A stretch of DNA of 64,000 nucleotides from positions 4,160,001-4,224,000 of the forward strand of contig OZ242320.1 in the NCBI GenBank assembly GCA_965208125.1, given 5' to 3'. This stretch comes from Candidatus Latescibacterota bacterium. GTDB lineage: Bacteria; Latescibacterota; UBA2968. Made by a program: the position numbers and the translations under genes. Shown piece by piece: positions 62,348 to 64,000 of the stretch. Under the pieces are notes generated by a model. It had not been told where the DNA came from, searched no databases, and saw nothing but the letters and a program-made list of their open reading frames with translations. Each line of letters begins with the position of its first letter. Within the stretch, counting starts at the first letter, position 1.

Positions 62348-63199
62348 TTATGTCTCATTATAATCGTAGGGCCGGTTTCGGAAGAGGTAGTCTATTGGTT
62401 CATCTACAAAAATTATGTTCGGGTCCAGGTCGCTTTCTGCAAAGGCGGTTTCACAGCCGGTATTGAACCGGAGAGGGGGAAGGCGACGCATCCAGTGGCA
62501 GCAGTAGATCGCTGCGATCATGAACCGCGTTTGGTCGGAGAGATTTGGCATTCCCCGGTGCCAGAGCCGGGGATCGCGGATCAGAATGCTTCCCTTTTTT
62601 GTATTCCCCCGGACCGGCGGTGCCACTTTCCGGCGTGCTTCATGCAGGTGTTCTTCTACCTTGATATCATCTCCATCTACCTTTTGCGTTTCCAGATGGG
62701 AGCCGGGCCAGAGTTCGATACTTCCGTTGGCTTCGGTCACCTCGTCCAGGGCAATATTGACAATGACTTTGGACGGCGGGTGCGCGACATCCAGGTTCGG
62801 CCAGAGTTGTCCCGAGTCAACATGTACCGGCTGGAGCTCGCTACCCGGCAAGTTGGTGTTGCCGGTATAGCGATTGTTGAAGATCCCTTCGCCGAGCAGG
62901 GCTTTCGAGACTTGGACCACATAGGGGTTCGCCATAACGTCGCGAAAGACGTACGGGGGGAAGGGGGGCGGCTCCTGCTGGACGTTTCCCCAAACGAAGT
63001 TATGGGGTGGCGCAGGGGCGTTCATGATCTTCTCTATGTCTTCGGTCATCCGCTCACAGAGAAGATCGAGGTGTTCGTGCGCGACCACTGCATTGAGGAT
63101 GATGTAGCCCTCCGTTCGAATGGCATCGAGGGCCTGTTTCAGGTGCGCGTCGATGAGAGATTCGGCTGCGCGCTCTTCCGGTGTGACGGTGATTTCCAC
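62348..63199 (-). CDS. PhyH-family dioxygenase
   Basis: QPVHVD, NGSIELWPGSH, WHRGMPN.S..R. Confidence 0.9.
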   Translation of the reverse strand: MEITVTPEERAAESLIDAHLKQALDAIRTEGYIILNAVVAHEHLDLLCERMTEDIEKIMNAPAPPHNFVWGNVQQEPPPFPPYVFRDVMANPYVVQVSKALLGEGIFNNRYTGNTNLPGSELQPVHVDSGQLWPNLDVAHPPSKVIVNIALDEVTEANGSIELWPGSHLETQKVDGDDIKVEEHLHEARRKVAPPVRGNTKKGSILIRDPRLWHRGMPNLSDQTRFMIAAIYCCHWMRRLPPLRFNTGCETAFAESDLDPNIIFVDEPIDYLFRNRPYDYNET

Positions 63200-63237
63200 G
63201 GTTACTCATCTCCATTTGAGAAATGTTGGACTCTTTC

Positions 63238-63999
63238 TCAAATTCGTGCGAATTTTTGCAGTCGGTTGGGTTGGCGGGGCACTTCGGTGACGTAAATATC
63301 ACCGCGACTATCAACGCAGATGCCGTGCGCAGGATCGATAAACTGCCCGGGATCTGAGCCTTCCTCGCCCCATCTTGCCAGCAGAGCACCATCCAGGTCA
63401 AAAATGCTGACGCGCTGGGGCGATTCGGCAATATAGACAATATGATCTGCATCGATGTGAATGTTATTCGGAGATTGGATATCTGTCCACTCTTCCAGAA
63501 AGTTACCATCAAAATCGAAAAGCTGAATGCGGTGGTTTTCCCGGTCGCTTACAAGCACGCGGTCGCGTGGGTCAATGCATAAATCGTGCGGCAGGGCAAA
63601 CTGGCCGGGTCCCGTGCCTTCCTCGCCCCAGGAAAGAATCCGTTCGCCGTTCGCTGAAAAACGATGCACCCGGTGCTGGCCGTATCCATCCGAAACAAAA
63701 ATCTCACCTGAGGGAGCGGCCATTGCCTTGGTTGGCCTGTTGAACGGCTCGCCCGGTGAACCTGTCTGGCCTGGCATTCCCAGGGTCTGAAGCACTTCTC
63801 CATCCGTGCTGAAGATACGCACAGTATGATCGTCAACATCCGCGCAATAAATCCGATCCGCTGGATCGATCCAGATATTATGCGGATTTGAGAGCACATC
63901 ATCACCCCATGAACCGAGAAAGCGACCTTCCGAATCATAGACCAGAATACCCGCAGGCTCTCGCAGGGTGACATAAACGCGATCCTGCGAGTCAACTGC
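63238..63999 (-). CDS. NHL-repeat protein (PAL-like), 5' end outside the window
   Basis: Frame is open to the window edge (AVDSQDRVYV...); repeated PH...D...IYV.D..N.RI..F units; SDGYG. Confidence 0.88.
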   Translation of the reverse strand, partial: AVDSQDRVYVTLREPAGILVYDSEGRFLGSWGDDVLSNPHNIWIDPADRIYCADVDDHTVRIFSTDGEVLQTLGMPGQTGSPGEPFNRPTKAMAAPSGEIFVSDGYGQHRVHRFSANGERILSWGEEGTGPGQFALPHDLCIDPRDRVLVSDRENHRIQLFDFDGNFLEEWTDIQSPNNIHIDADHIVYIAESPQRVSIFDLDGALLARWGEEGSDPGQFIDPAHGICVDSRGDIYVTEVPRQPNRLQKFARI

Positions 64000-64000
64000 C

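Overview
Bacterial accessory region with moderate, uneven GC. It has two long co-oriented catabolic gene trains: minus strand 1-17940, and mostly plus strand 18286-59996, followed by a convergent minus-strand block from 60004 to the window end. These trains carry 7 Cys-type sulfatases, 10 PhyH-type Fe(II)/2-oxoglutarate dioxygenases, glycoside hydrolases (GH29, GH5 and one unassigned), TIM-barrel epimerases, Gfo/Idh/MocA oxidoreductases, enolase-superfamily enzymes, an arylsulfotransferase and katG. This repertoire resembles marine or sponge-associated Latescibacterota/Poribacteria-like bacteria (inference only). A defence island at about 34.3-47.9 kb interrupts the plus-strand train. It holds a stand-alone DnaA N-terminal domain ORF, a Type III R-M system with an AbiJ-like gene between mod and res, a candidate antisense sRNA between convergent promoters, a three-gene CBASS (patatin effector, CD-NTase, single E2/SEC-C protein), an MNT gene with a truncated HEPN partner, and several gene stubs. 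Main unexplained signals: (1) recurrent mini-ORFs that bridge gene junctions with stop/start overlaps, resembling natural in-frame deletion scars in a gene-by-gene mosaic; (2) the single-E2 CBASS and its leader sRNA; (3) an NCS2 permease fused to a degenerate RsbW-like ATPase domain; (4) a recently duplicated PhyH pair whose differences cluster near the active site; (5) a 27-bp direct repeat flanking the CNNM gene. No rRNA, tRNA, CRISPR array, integrase or transposase was recognised. All family calls come from reading motifs by eye, not from database searches.
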